In this document: positions 10,499 through 22,036 of the stretch, piece after piece
How positions within the stretch are numbered: position 1 is the first letter of the stretch
Layout of the letters: each line of letters opens with the position of its first letter
Assembly: GCA_965368975.1 (NCBI GenBank)
Contig: CBDUPA010000002.1
Coordinates: forward strand, 480,001-544,000
DNA length: 64,000 bases
Source: an uncultured bacterium
Lineage (GTDB): Bacteria > Acidobacteriota > Thermoanaerobaculia > Multivoradales > JAHZIX01
Reading direction: 5' to 3'
Made by a program: the position numbers and the translations under genes
The notes under the pieces: model-generated
The model's database searches: none
The model's input: only the letters and a program-made list of their open reading frames with translations
Told to the model about the DNA's origin: nothing

Positions 10499-10882
10499 TC
10501 AGGGCTCGTAGATGGCGCAGGAGGTATCCGTCTCCCACACCTCCACACGCCGCACCTGGACGCGCCCAGCCGCCGACTCCATGGTCCCGATGCGCCGCGC
10601 TACTTCGTCGTAGATGTGACCACTGATCAGCTCGGCGGTCGTGTTCACCCGGTCGAAGGGCTCGAGCTCGTTGAGCACGTGGTGATCGAAAGGATCCAGG
10701 ATCTCCTTCATCACCGCCTTGAGATCCTGGAAGTCCAGCACCATGCCCAGCGCATCGAGCTGACGCGCGCTCAAGTGCACGCGCACGCGATAGTTGTGGC
10801 CATGCAGATTCTGACACCCGCGAGTGTGGCCACGAATGAAGTGGGCGGCGCTGAAGGAGAATTCTTTGAAGACGGTGTACAT
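10499..10882 (-). CDS. queD: 6-carboxytetrahydropterin synthase
   Basis: FSAAH, CQNLHGHNY, DFQDLK, DHHVLN, TTAE and VWET motifs. Confidence 0.9.
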   Translation of the reverse strand: MYTVFKEFSFSAAHFIRGHTRGCQNLHGHNYRVRVHLSARQLDALGMVLDFQDLKAVMKEILDPFDHHVLNELEPFDRVNTTAELISGHIYDEVARRIGTMESAAGRVQVRRVEVWETDTSCAIYEP

Positions 10883-10978
10883 GGGGAATACAAGCCTCTG
10901 GCGGCCTCGGGCCCTATTGTAGCGGCAATGCCCATTGTAGCTGGGAATGGCAGAGCCCGGGAGGCTGTTGCACTAGAC

Positions 10979-11101
10979 GAGCGAGATGTCAGGAGTTGCT
11001 CTCGCTCCGGAGGCCGTACCTCGTTCTCTCCGGCAATCTCCAACAACTCCTTCTCCTCCCATGCCCGGGCCGAAGTCTCCCTCCTCGGTCCGGGCAGTTT
11101 T
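10979..11101 (+). ncRNA. Candidate small structured RNA with CUCC-rich segments and a terminator hairpin
   Basis: Three stems (10979-86/11000-07, 11007-12/11028-33, 11062-73/11085-96) followed by TTTT. No + strand gene upstream explains the terminator. Confidence 0.35.
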
Positions 11102-11105
11102 GTGC

Positions 11106-12902
11106 TCAGACATCAGCATAGAGGGCTTCGACTTTGTCGTCGTACTTCTTCATCACGACGCGGCGGCGAACTTTGAGCGAGGCCGTGAGCTCACCAGCCT
11201 CGACGGTCAGGTCGCTGGGCAACAGGGCGAAGCGTTTGACCGACTCGTAAGACGCCAGCTCCTTGTTGCACTCGGCGATCTCGGCCTCGATCAGCTGGCG
11301 CACCTTGTCGTGCTCAGCCAACTCCTCGTAGCTCAGCTGGCCGAAGCCCTCCTCTTGCGCCCACGCCTGGATGTTGTCGGGCTCCAGAGTGATCAGGGCG
11401 GAGATAAACTTGCGGCGGTCGCCAACAGCAACGGCCTGGCTGATGTATCGCGACGTGCGCAGGATCTGCTCGATGCGCTGCGGTGCGACATTCTTGCCAC
11501 CGGCGGTGATGATCAGGTCCTTCTTGCGGTCCGTGATGCGTAGGTAGCCACCCTCGTCGATCTCACCGACATCGCCGGTATGCAGCCAGCCATCTTCGTC
11601 GACCGTCTCGGCAGTGGCTTCCTGGTTCTTGAAGTAGCCCTGCATCACGTTGTCGCCGCGGGTCAGGATCTCGCCATCCTCGGCGATCTTGCATTCGATG
11701 TCGGGCCCCGGCTGGCCGACGGTGCCGAAGCGGTTGCCGTCGATGCGGTTGACATGGCTGAAGGAGGTGTTCTCGGTCATGCCGAGGCCCTCCACAATCA
11801 GGATGCCGCAGGCGTGGAAGAACTCGCCAATTTGGCGGTTGAGCGGTGCGGCACCGGAGACGGCGTAGACCAGGTTACCGCCGAAGGCTGCGTGGATCTT
11901 GGCGAACACCAACTTGTGCGCCAGCTTGTGCTTGAGTGCCAGCAAGCCGCCGATCGACTGGCCGGCCTGCTGCCGCTGGCTGACCTCACGACCGACTCCC
12001 AGCGACCAGTCGAAGATGACCTTCTTGAGGCCGCCCGCGTCCTCGACGCCGGAGGTGATTTTCTCGTGCACCTTCTCGAAGATGCGCGGCACGCTGGCGA
12101 AGAAATGCGGCTGCGCGGCGCGCAGGTCTTCGGCCACCGTCTGAATGCTCTCGGCCAGCACCACGGTCAGTGCCTGGCTCATCGACGTCGCGACGATCAG
12201 GCGCGCAAAGACGTGCGCCATGGGTAGGAAGAGGAAGGTGCGGTAGTGCGGCTCGGAGTACAAGCACGCGTTGGCCTGTTCGATGGTGCACATCAGGTTC
12301 TTGTGGCTGATCATCACGCCCTTGGGTACACCGGTGGTGCCCGAGGTGTAGACCAGCATGGCCAGATCGTCCCGGCGCAGATCACCGATGCGCGTCTCCA
12401 GCACATCGACGGACACGTCTTCGGCGCTGTCCAGAAACTGCTGCCAGCTCAGAACGTCTTGGCCATCACCGTCACCGTCGAAGAGGACCATGCGCTTGAC
12501 CTTCGGCAACTTGTCGCGCACCGACTCGATCTTGGCCATCTGTTCGGCATCCTCGACGAACAGCACCACGGCATCGCAGTGGTCGATGACGTAAGCGCAC
12601 TCTTCGGCGATCGATGCCGGATAGACGCCGACCGTCACGCCGCCCGTCGCCTGGTTGCCCAGCTCCGTGAGGATCCATTCGAGGCGCGTCTGGCTCAGAA
12701 TCGCGACACGATCGCCGTGCTCGACTCCTTGCGCCAGCAGGGCGCGGGCAATGGTATCGACCCGCTCTCGTACCTCGCGCCAGCGCAGGTCGACCCATGA
12801 CCTTTCACCCGAAGCCTCGACCTTCTTGTAGCGGTAGGCAATCTGCTCCGGATTCGATTCGGTGACGTGACGGAAGAGCTGGCAAAGCGAAGCGTGCTCC
12901 AT
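11106..12902 (-). CDS. Long-chain fatty-acid--CoA ligase (AMP-dependent synthetase, FAA1-type)
   Basis: YTSGTTGVPKG, GLGMTE, WLHTGDVG and ITDRKKDLIITAGGKNVAP motifs. Confidence 0.92.
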   Translation of the reverse strand: MEHASLCQLFRHVTESNPEQIAYRYKKVEASGERSWVDLRWREVRERVDTIARALLAQGVEHGDRVAILSQTRLEWILTELGNQATGGVTVGVYPASIAEECAYVIDHCDAVVLFVEDAEQMAKIESVRDKLPKVKRMVLFDGDGDGQDVLSWQQFLDSAEDVSVDVLETRIGDLRRDDLAMLVYTSGTTGVPKGVMISHKNLMCTIEQANACLYSEPHYRTFLFLPMAHVFARLIVATSMSQALTVVLAESIQTVAEDLRAAQPHFFASVPRIFEKVHEKITSGVEDAGGLKKVIFDWSLGVGREVSQRQQAGQSIGGLLALKHKLAHKLVFAKIHAAFGGNLVYAVSGAAPLNRQIGEFFHACGILIVEGLGMTENTSFSHVNRIDGNRFGTVGQPGPDIECKIAEDGEILTRGDNVMQGYFKNQEATAETVDEDGWLHTGDVGEIDEGGYLRITDRKKDLIITAGGKNVAPQRIEQILRTSRYISQAVAVGDRRKFISALITLEPDNIQAWAQEEGFGQLSYEELAEHDKVRQLIEAEIAECNKELASYESVKRFALLPSDLTVEAGELTASLKVRRRVVMKKYDDKVEALYADV

Positions 12903-12957
12903 CGGGAACTCCTTGCGATCAACGGCTCAGCGATGTGGCGTCCTGGTACCTGCGGCG

Positions 12958-13443
12958 TCAAACAGACGTACTATCGTAACCCACTCGTTCCAGGACATGC
13001 CGGAAATGACGCTCCTCGACAGGCTGCACGGACAGGCGCTGTCCTTTGCGAATGACCAACATGCCATCGAGATCCGGATCGTCCTTGGCCTCCTGCAGCG
13101 ACAGTGAACGCTCGAAACTGGCCACGTGTTCGACATTAACCAGGATCCAGCGCGGATCCTCCGGCTTGGATTTGAGGTCGTAGTACTTGCTGTCCACATC
13201 AAATTGCGTCGGGTCCGGATACCCTTCCCGGCACACGCGAGCAAGCCCGACGATGCCCGGCGGCTTGGTGTTGGAGTGGTAGAACAGCACCAGGTCGCCG
13301 GCCTTCATCTCATCGCGCATGAAATTGCGTGCCTGGTAGTTCCGCACCCCGTCCCACATGGTGCTGCCGTCACGCTTCAGATCCTCGATGCTGTAGACGT
13401 CAGGCTCACTCTTGATCAGCCAGTACCTACGCGCGTCTGCCAC
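12958..13443 (-). CDS. EVE-domain protein
   Basis: YWLIKSEP, WDGVRNYQARN, FYHS and RLSVQPV motifs. Confidence 0.95.
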   Translation of the reverse strand: MADARRYWLIKSEPDVYSIEDLKRDGSTMWDGVRNYQARNFMRDEMKAGDLVLFYHSNTKPPGIVGLARVCREGYPDPTQFDVDSKYYDLKSKPEDPRWILVNVEHVASFERSLSLQEAKDDPDLDGMLVIRKGQRLSVQPVEERHFRHVLERVGYDSTSV

Positions 13444-13501
13444 GGTCTCTCCCCTCTCTATCTTCTATGTCTCGCAAGGCCCCGTATCTCCAGATCCAGA
13501 C

Positions 13502-13831
13502 TTACATGAAGCCCAGGTCGAGCTTGGCCGCTTCGGACATCATCTCGGGCGTCCACTGCGGGTCCCACACGAGGTGCACCTCGCAGGTCTCGACGCCCGG
13601 CACGCCGAGCGCCTTCATCTCGACTTCGCCAGGCAGCGTCCCCGCGACAGGGCAGGCCGGCGACGTCAGCGTCATGCGGATCTCGCAGTGGTCGCCCTCG
13701 ACATCGACGTCGTAGATCAGGCCCAGCGCGTAGATGTTGACCGGGATCTCCGGGTCGTACACCGTCTCGAGCTGCGCCACGACCTGCTCTTCGAGAGTCT
13801 TGGTGGTGGGGTCGGGGTTGTTGTCGCTCAT
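13502..13831 (-). CDS. sufT: SufT/DUF59 (MIP18-family) Fe-S assembly protein
   Basis: VYDPEIPVNIYALGLIY, MTLTSPACP and WDPQWTPEMMS motifs; start MSDNN at 13831. Confidence 0.88.
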   Translation of the reverse strand: MSDNNPDPTTKTLEEQVVAQLETVYDPEIPVNIYALGLIYDVDVEGDHCEIRMTLTSPACPVAGTLPGEVEMKALGVPGVETCEVHLVWDPQWTPEMMSEAAKLDLGFM

Positions 13832-13833
13832 TT

Positions 13834-14292
13834 TCAATTCTCCGTCGTCACCGCTTCGACCTCGCCTTCCAAGGCCGACTTCAACGTGTGCCAGGCCAGC
13901 GTCGCGCACTTGACGCGCATCGGGTACTGGCGCACGCCGCCGAAGACACCCAACTTGCCCAACTCCTCCTCAGCTTCGCTGCGGTCCGACGGATCGCCGG
14001 TGAGCAGGCGGTGGAAGAGGTCGAAGAGGTGCTCGGCCTCGGCGCGGCTCTTGCCCTGTAGCGCTTCGGTCATCAAAGATGCTGATGCCTGCGAAATGGC
14101 GCAGCCGTTGCCCTGAAAGGTGATGCGCTCGAGGTGGTCGTCGACCATCTTGACGAAGACCTTCACCTTGTCACCGCACAGCGGATTGTGGCCTTCAGCA
14201 CAGCCGTCCGCATCATCGAGCACGACGAAGTTGCGCGGCTTCTTGTTGTGGTCCAGGATGACTTCCTGGTACAGATCCGTCAGGTCCGACAT
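13834..14292 (-). CDS. sufU: SUF system NifU-family protein
   Basis: LYQEVILDH, HNPLCGD, GCAISQAS and RVKCATLAWH motifs. Confidence 0.93.
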   Translation of the reverse strand: MSDLTDLYQEVILDHNKKPRNFVVLDDADGCAEGHNPLCGDKVKVFVKMVDDHLERITFQGNGCAISQASASLMTEALQGKSRAEAEHLFDLFHRLLTGDPSDRSEAEEELGKLGVFGGVRQYPMRVKCATLAWHTLKSALEGEVEAVTTEN

Positions 14293-14334
14293 GTCTTCTC
14301 CTTGCATTCTTGCATCGTACGACGCCCGACCTCG

Positions 14335-15669
14335 CTATCCGAACAGGTCCACGACCTTGCGAAGTCCCGCGACCAGCGCGTCGACCTCTGCGAAGGTGTT
14401 GTAGAAAGCAAATGACGCACGCGTGGTGGCGTGCGTGCCGAAGCGGCGCAGCAGCGGCTGCGCGCAGTGGTGACCGGCGCGTACCGCCACGCCTTGCTGG
14501 TCGAGAATGGTGGCGATGTCGTGCGAATGGGCCCCATCGAGCACAAAGGTCAACACGCTGACCTTGTGCGGTGCCCGGCCGAGGATGCGCACCCCCGGCA
14601 GCTCGCTCACCAGCTCGGTGGCGCGTGCCAGCAACGCGGCCTCGTGGCGGGCCACGGCCTCCATGTCGAGCCCCTGGACATACTCCAGCGCCGCACCCAG
14701 GCCAATCACCTGCGCGATCGGAGGCGTGCCGGCCTCGAAGCGCTGCGGCGGATCCCGGAAGGTGCTGCCCTCGAAGGTGACCTCCAGGATCATGTCGCCG
14801 CCACCCTGCCAGGGCGGCATGCTCTCCAGGTGCGCCTGCTTGCCGTAGAGCACACCGACACCGGTCGGACCGAAGACTTTGTGGCCCGAGAAGACCAGGA
14901 AGTCACAGTCCAGCGCCTGCACGTCGACCGGGCCGTGGGGCAGCGCCTGGGCGCTGTCCAGGAGTACCGGAATCTGGTGCTCATGCGCCAGGCGGATCAG
15001 CTGCTCGACCGGATTGATCGTGCCGAGCACGTTCGAGATGTGGCACAGCGCGACAAAACGCGTGCGCGGCCCGAGCAGGGCGGCATAGGCCTCGACATCG
15101 AGCACACCGTCGTCGTCGACCGGCACCACCTTCACCGTCGCGCCGTGCTGCTGGCACACCAACTGCCAGGGCACCAGGTTGGCGTGGTGCTCCATGGCGG
15201 TGACGATCACCTCGTCGCCGGCCTGCAACCTCGGCGCCACGAAGCAGCGCGCCACCAGGTTGATCCCCTCGGTGGTGCCGTGCGTGAACACGACTTCACT
15301 CTCGCGCGCCGCGTTCAGGTGCCGCTGCACCGTGCCGCGCACGGCCTCGTAGCTCAGCGTCGCGCGCTCGGACAGCGTGTGGACGCCGCGGTGCACATTT
15401 GCGCAATCGTGCTCGTAGTAACGGCGCAGCGCGTCGAGCACCGGGCGCGGTTTCTGCGCCGTGGCGGCGTTGTCCAGGTAGACCAGAGGGTGACCGTGGA
15501 CCTGCTGCGCCAGCGCGGGAAATGCAGCGCGCACCCGCGACACATCGAAGGCCACCGGCCGGACGCCGACGGCAGTGTCGCCCGCATCCGTCGCACCTGT
15601 GGCCTGTCGACGAGTGGTCTGTTGGCGATCGTCTGGCTGCAGAAGTGCTGTGGGCGTGCCCACGCTCAC
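14335..15669 (-). CDS. sufS: Cysteine desulfurase (class II)
   Basis: YLDNAATAQKP, NVHRGVH, FSGHK and RAGHHCAQP motifs. Confidence 0.95.
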   Translation of the reverse strand: MSVGTPTALLQPDDRQQTTRRQATGATDAGDTAVGVRPVAFDVSRVRAAFPALAQQVHGHPLVYLDNAATAQKPRPVLDALRRYYEHDCANVHRGVHTLSERATLSYEAVRGTVQRHLNAARESEVVFTHGTTEGINLVARCFVAPRLQAGDEVIVTAMEHHANLVPWQLVCQQHGATVKVVPVDDDGVLDVEAYAALLGPRTRFVALCHISNVLGTINPVEQLIRLAHEHQIPVLLDSAQALPHGPVDVQALDCDFLVFSGHKVFGPTGVGVLYGKQAHLESMPPWQGGGDMILEVTFEGSTFRDPPQRFEAGTPPIAQVIGLGAALEYVQGLDMEAVARHEAALLARATELVSELPGVRILGRAPHKVSVLTFVLDGAHSHDIATILDQQGVAVRAGHHCAQPLLRRFGTHATTRASFAFYNTFAEVDALVAGLRKVVDLFG

Positions 15670-15679
15670 CCCCTCGGTC

Positions 15680-17089
15680 TCAAACCGCCTGCCTCACGAT
15701 CTCACCACCGGGCAGCCGGCTGAACAGGAACTCTTCGAGATCCTGGCGCACCGCGTCGACGCGGATGCGCTCCACCAGTTCGCTGGCGAAAGCGTAGGTC
15801 AGCAGGCTGCTCGCGGCTTCGGCACTGATGCCGCGCGAGCGCAGGTAGAAGATGGCTTCCTCGTCCAGCTGGCCGACCGTCGAGCCGTGTGTGCAACGCA
15901 CGTCGTCGGCGAAGATCTCTAGCTGCGGGTTCGAGTTGGCCAGGGCGTTCGGCGACAGTAGCAAGTTGCGGTTGGTCTGCTTGGCGTCGGTCTTCTGGGC
16001 GTCCTTGTGGACATGGATCAGACCGTTGAACACCGCCCGGCCGTGACCGTCCAGAATGCCCTTGTACAGCTCGTGGCTGGTGCAGTGCGGCTTGGCGTGA
16101 TCCACCTTCATGTGGTTGTCGACGTGCTGGCGGCCGTCCACCAGGTACAAGCCGTTGAGCGTGCAGTCGCCCCCTTCACCGTCCAGATAGCCGTTGAGGT
16201 CGTTGCGCACCAGCTTGCCGCCCAGCGAGATGTTGTGCGAGCGGAAGACCGCGGCGCGGTCCGAATACGACTGCTGGGTGGCGACGTGGAAGGCGTGGCG
16301 CGGCTCGCGCTGCACCTTGTAGTGGTCGAGGAATGCATTGGGGCCGCAGACGGCCTCCGTCACCGGATTGGTGAACACGTGCTCGCTTTCCCCTGCCGGG
16401 CCTTCCATGCCGATGTAGGTCTCGACCACCGTCACCTGTGCCCCTTCATCGGCGACGAAGAGGTTGCGCGGGAAGCTGACGCTACCCGGCGTGACGGCGA
16501 CGAAGATCACCTGGATCGGCACTTCCACCAGCACATTGCGGCGCGCATGCACGAAAGCACCGCCGGCACCGGCACTGGCCAGGAACGCCGTATTGAGCGC
16601 GGTGAAGGGACTGTCATCCACGTTGGCGTAGCGCCCCAGGTGAGCCTCGACGCCTTCGGCTCCTTGCTGGATCGCCTCGGCGAGAGGCAGCACCGTGACG
16701 CCCTCGGGCAGGTCGGCAGGCACCAACAGCTCGGGACGGAAGTGCCCGTCGACGAACACCAGGTGGAGTCCACCGTCAAAGCGGTAGCGGTCGATCAGCT
16801 CGATCACCCCGGGTGCCACCTCCGGCAGCGCCCCTAGTACGGAAGCTGGCACCGGCTCAAAGCCACCGTTGGCGATCGGCTTGACGTTGGTGAAACGCCA
16901 TTCTTCCTGGCGCAGCGTCGGGAAGCCTTGGCGGGCGAAGGCTTCTCGACCGTCCCGTCGCAACTGCGCGACGCGCGGCGAGGCGCCTGGCCCCGTCTCC
17001 TGCACTGCGGCGGCGAGGTCGACCAAGGCTTGCACCTCGGGAGCGACCGTGGCCGTGTGAGTCTCTGGCTCAGCTACAGCTTGCATCAT
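15680..17089 (-). CDS. sufD: Fe-S cluster assembly protein SufD
   Basis: EEWRFT, PQLEIFADDVRCTHG and FYLRSRGI motifs. Confidence 0.95.
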   Translation of the reverse strand: MMQAVAEPETHTATVAPEVQALVDLAAAVQETGPGASPRVAQLRRDGREAFARQGFPTLRQEEWRFTNVKPIANGGFEPVPASVLGALPEVAPGVIELIDRYRFDGGLHLVFVDGHFRPELLVPADLPEGVTVLPLAEAIQQGAEGVEAHLGRYANVDDSPFTALNTAFLASAGAGGAFVHARRNVLVEVPIQVIFVAVTPGSVSFPRNLFVADEGAQVTVVETYIGMEGPAGESEHVFTNPVTEAVCGPNAFLDHYKVQREPRHAFHVATQQSYSDRAAVFRSHNISLGGKLVRNDLNGYLDGEGGDCTLNGLYLVDGRQHVDNHMKVDHAKPHCTSHELYKGILDGHGRAVFNGLIHVHKDAQKTDAKQTNRNLLLSPNALANSNPQLEIFADDVRCTHGSTVGQLDEEAIFYLRSRGISAEAASSLLTYAFASELVERIRVDAVRQDLEEFLFSRLPGGEIVRQAV

Positions 17090-17095
17090 CTCTCC

Positions 17096-17851
<756 letters not shown>

Positions 17852-17886
17852 GATCGTATGCTCTCTCCGTTCGTGTTTTTCTTTGA

Positions 17887-19332
<1,446 letters not shown>

Positions 19333-19454
19333 GGCGTCTCCTGTTCCTAACTTCCAACGGTGTCGAGCTGCCAGCGGTGTCGCCAGCTAGCCGGACTGTT
19401 TCTCTACTTTTCTTGCAGGCGGGCCGCTCGAGAGCGCGGCAGGGAGGAAGCCGC

Positions 19455-19931
19455 TCAGCTGAGCGCCGCACTCTCGAGACCGGCTTCGGTCCGCTCTCCG
19501 ATGGTCACCAGGCGCGCCGACGACGTCATGGGCTGCCCCATCTCCGCCAGCGTGATGCCTTCGAGCGCCTGACGAATCGCCTGGTTGATGCGATTCCAGT
19601 TGCTGCGCGACGGGCAGGTCGCGGCAAGACCGCACTCACCCGGCGTGTCGTCGATGCATTCGGTGATCCCGATCGGCCCTTCCAGGGCGCCGATGATCTC
19701 CGCCACCGTGATCTCGTCCGCCGGCCGGCTCAGGCTGTAACCACCCTTGACCCCACGCTGGGAGTCGAGAACCCCTTCGCGCGACAGCGCCTTGAGGATC
19801 TTGCTCACCATCGGCGCCGGCAAGTTCGCCTCCGTCGACAGGTCGGGCGCGGTGAACAACCGTTCCGGTTGATGCGCCAGGTGTGTCAGGAGGACGATGC
19901 CGTAGTCGGTTTGCTTGGTAATTCTCAGCAT
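19455..19931 (-). CDS. Rrf2-family SUF system regulator
   Basis: Winged HTH with SQRGVKGGY and three Cys (TEC...EC...TC); first gene of the suf operon. Confidence 0.9.
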   Translation of the reverse strand: MLRITKQTDYGIVLLTHLAHQPERLFTAPDLSTEANLPAPMVSKILKALSREGVLDSQRGVKGGYSLSRPADEITVAEIIGALEGPIGITECIDDTPGECGLAATCPSRSNWNRINQAIRQALEGITLAEMGQPMTSSARLVTIGERTEAGLESAALS

Positions 19932-19973
19932 GGCTTTGGGTGCTCGGGGTCTGGGATACTGGAGCCCAGAAGG

Positions 19974-20031
19974 AAAAGGGACCTTTGTGGTCCTCTTTGG
20001 GGATACTAGGGACCTTATTGAGACTTGTCAA
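19974..20031 (-). promoter_or_regulatory. sigma70 promoter and palindromic operator of the suf operon
   Basis: Minus strand TTGACA (20031-20026), 17-bp spacer, TAGTAT (20008-20003). Imperfect inverted repeat AAAAGGGACC-N5-GGTCCTCTTT at 19974-19998. Confidence 0.75.
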
Positions 20032-20087
20032 GGCTGTGTCCAAGCTTCTGGGGCGGGGTGCGAGACACCACGGCGTAGACTCGGACC

Positions 20088-21020
20088 ATGAAGTCTCCCC
20101 TCCTTGTAGCCGCCGCAGATTGGAGCGTCGACGGCCGCAAGCGTCATCTCGCCAGAGCCGCCTGGAACCCCAAGACACAGCACTACGAGATCCACGCCTC
20201 CGAAGAGGTCGGCGACACCTCGATGCTGATCGACCGCCTCCGGGATGGCTTGCCGAGCGGCGCCACCGTCATCCTCGGCTTCGATCTCCCAATCGGCCTC
20301 CCCAAGCCCTACGCCAATACCGCAGGCATAACGTCATTCCTCGACTTTCTTCCACGAATCGGGGCCGATCGCTGGGCCAGATTCGCCACCCACACCAACA
20401 CCCCGACGCTCGACCAGCCCTTCGCACCGCTGCGCGTCCGCAAGAAGGGCGATTTCACGCGTCAAGATCTGGTCGACGGTCTCGGCCTCAGCAGCTTCGA
20501 CGACATCCAACGCCGCTGCGACCGTCTCGCCAAGGCACAACCGCTCTTCCTCACCGTCGGCGGCAAGCAGGTCGGCCGCGCAGCCTTGCATGCTTGGCAG
20601 CACGTCCTGATCCCGAATCTAGACCGCCTGCGCATCTGGCCGTTCCACGGCTCGCTCGCCGAGTTGATCGCGGAGCCGGGGGCTACGGTGATCGTCGAAG
20701 TGTATCCGGGCGGGGCGTACGCACAGCTGGGGATGGAGTTGGGGCGTCAGCAAAGAGGCGGGAAGCGTCGAAGTAAAACACGTCGAGAGGACCGGCAGCA
20801 CCCCGACGTCGGCGGACGACTCTTGGCAGCCCTCGAAGGCGTTGGCCAGGTGACGCAGGAAGCCCGAGCCGAGATCCTGAGCGGCTTTGACAGCGATGAC
20901 GCCTTCGACGCGATGGTCGGATTAGCGGCGCTCTTGATGGGCACCACGGGACGCTGGAAGGACGAGACGCCGACCGACGATGCGGTGCGCAACGTCGAGG
21001 GGTGGATCTGGCGGCTATGA
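20088..21020 (+). CDS. DUF429-family protein (predicted RNase H-like nuclease fold)
   Basis: AADWS, GFDLPIGLP, VEVYP, DAFDA and terminal EGWIW motifs. Confidence 0.75.
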   Translation: MKSPLLVAAADWSVDGRKRHLARAAWNPKTQHYEIHASEEVGDTSMLIDRLRDGLPSGATVILGFDLPIGLPKPYANTAGITSFLDFLPRIGADRWARFATHTNTPTLDQPFAPLRVRKKGDFTRQDLVDGLGLSSFDDIQRRCDRLAKAQPLFLTVGGKQVGRAALHAWQHVLIPNLDRLRIWPFHGSLAELIAEPGATVIVEVYPGGAYAQLGMELGRQQRGGKRRSKTRREDRQHPDVGGRLLAALEGVGQVTQEARAEILSGFDSDDAFDAMVGLAALLMGTTGRWKDETPTDDAVRNVEGWIWRL

Positions 21021-21235
21021 GCCAGCGACGGACTGAACGCCCGACCATAGCCAATTGGAAGGCGACCGCGCAGATGGGGACCATTGGCCCTCCGCCTTGC
21101 ACGCCCGGTCGAGGAGGTTTGTACAGTTTGGCCCTCCGAACAGAGGGAACATCGCTAGCAGGTTCCGTCTCAGGAGTGTACGAACTCATAGGCTAGTTCG
21201 TACGCGACACCCAACTCTCTTCAAAGGAGCGACGC

Positions 21236-22036
21236 ATGAAGCTTTCCACCTCTCTTCTCCTCCTGGGATCGCTGCTGGTGCTGATGCCCGTCAGCTCCCA
21301 GGCGGCGATTCAGCCCATGCTGTTCTTCGAGACGCAGGTTCCCGCTGCATGCCTGGCGGAGCACCCGAACAACAAAGGCAGCTACATTCGGCAGTATCGG
21401 GACACCACCAACCCTTGCCCGGGACTCTCCGTGTACCACATCGTCCATGGGGCCAACGCGTACGCCTGGAGCTTCGAGAGCTTCTACATCAGCAACGGAT
21501 TCCTTCGCCAGATGAACGAAATCTTCATCAACGAGAACACCGGCGCCTTTACCTTCTACAGAGCCTTCCGAGATCAGACGACACTGTCGAAGGGGATTCC
21601 CACCATCCCAACGTATATCCCCGGCACCTCGAAGTTCTGGTATGCACCGCCGTACCATGAAGAACACTGGACGAACGGCAGTGGTCAACCTGTTTGCTTC
21701 AACACGCAGCAGAACTGGGTCTGGGGCTCCCTCAACTGGACGCAAGTCTACGACGGAGGCACCTACTCTGGCTGGCTGCAAGACAAGCGCTCGTCATCGC
21801 AGAACCCGAGTACCTGGCACAATGTGCAGGTCGTCGTCAGAGTGGACCAGTGGGGCTACGGCAATTACGAGTTCTACCACTACGGCCGCTGGCAGAATCC
21901 CGCGACGGGACAGTGGCAGGGGTTGGGCCTGATCAAGTGGGAGAAGTACTCCGGCTCTCAGCTCGTCATCGCCACCGAGAACCACTATCTGGTGGATTGC
22001 AACGTTGTGGCCACGTGCACAACATGCCCTCCCTGA
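21236..22036 (+). CDS. Secreted hypothetical protein rich in Trp/Tyr/Asn, with six Cys
   Basis: AAAGGAG RBS; Sec signal peptide (MKLS...SQA-A); coding-like codon usage; no family recognised. Confidence 0.8.
   Translation: MKLSTSLLLLGSLLVLMPVSSQAAIQPMLFFETQVPAACLAEHPNNKGSYIRQYRDTTNPCPGLSVYHIVHGANAYAWSFESFYISNGFLRQMNEIFINENTGAFTFYRAFRDQTTLSKGIPTIPTYIPGTSKFWYAPPYHEEHWTNGSGQPVCFNTQQNWVWGSLNWTQVYDGGTYSGWLQDKRSSSQNPSTWHNVQVVVRVDQWGYGNYEFYHYGRWQNPATGQWQGLGLIKWEKYSGSQLVIATENHYLVDCNVVATCTTCPP

Noticed and set aside
10883-10975. preQ1 riboswitch upstream of queD
   Set aside because: No recognisable preQ1 stem-loop with A-rich tail; only a short degenerate duplication.
10771-11046. 91-aa minus-strand ORF with an AGGAG upstream
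   Set aside because: Overlaps queD out of frame and has low-complexity composition; the GGAG motifs are better explained by the structured RNA candidate.
8942-11176. 744-aa plus-strand ORF and similar long ORFs (e.g. 23438-25270, 33506-34786, 14431-15723)
   Set aside because: Antisense or off-frame shadows of well-supported genes, expected at high GC; no recognisable motifs.
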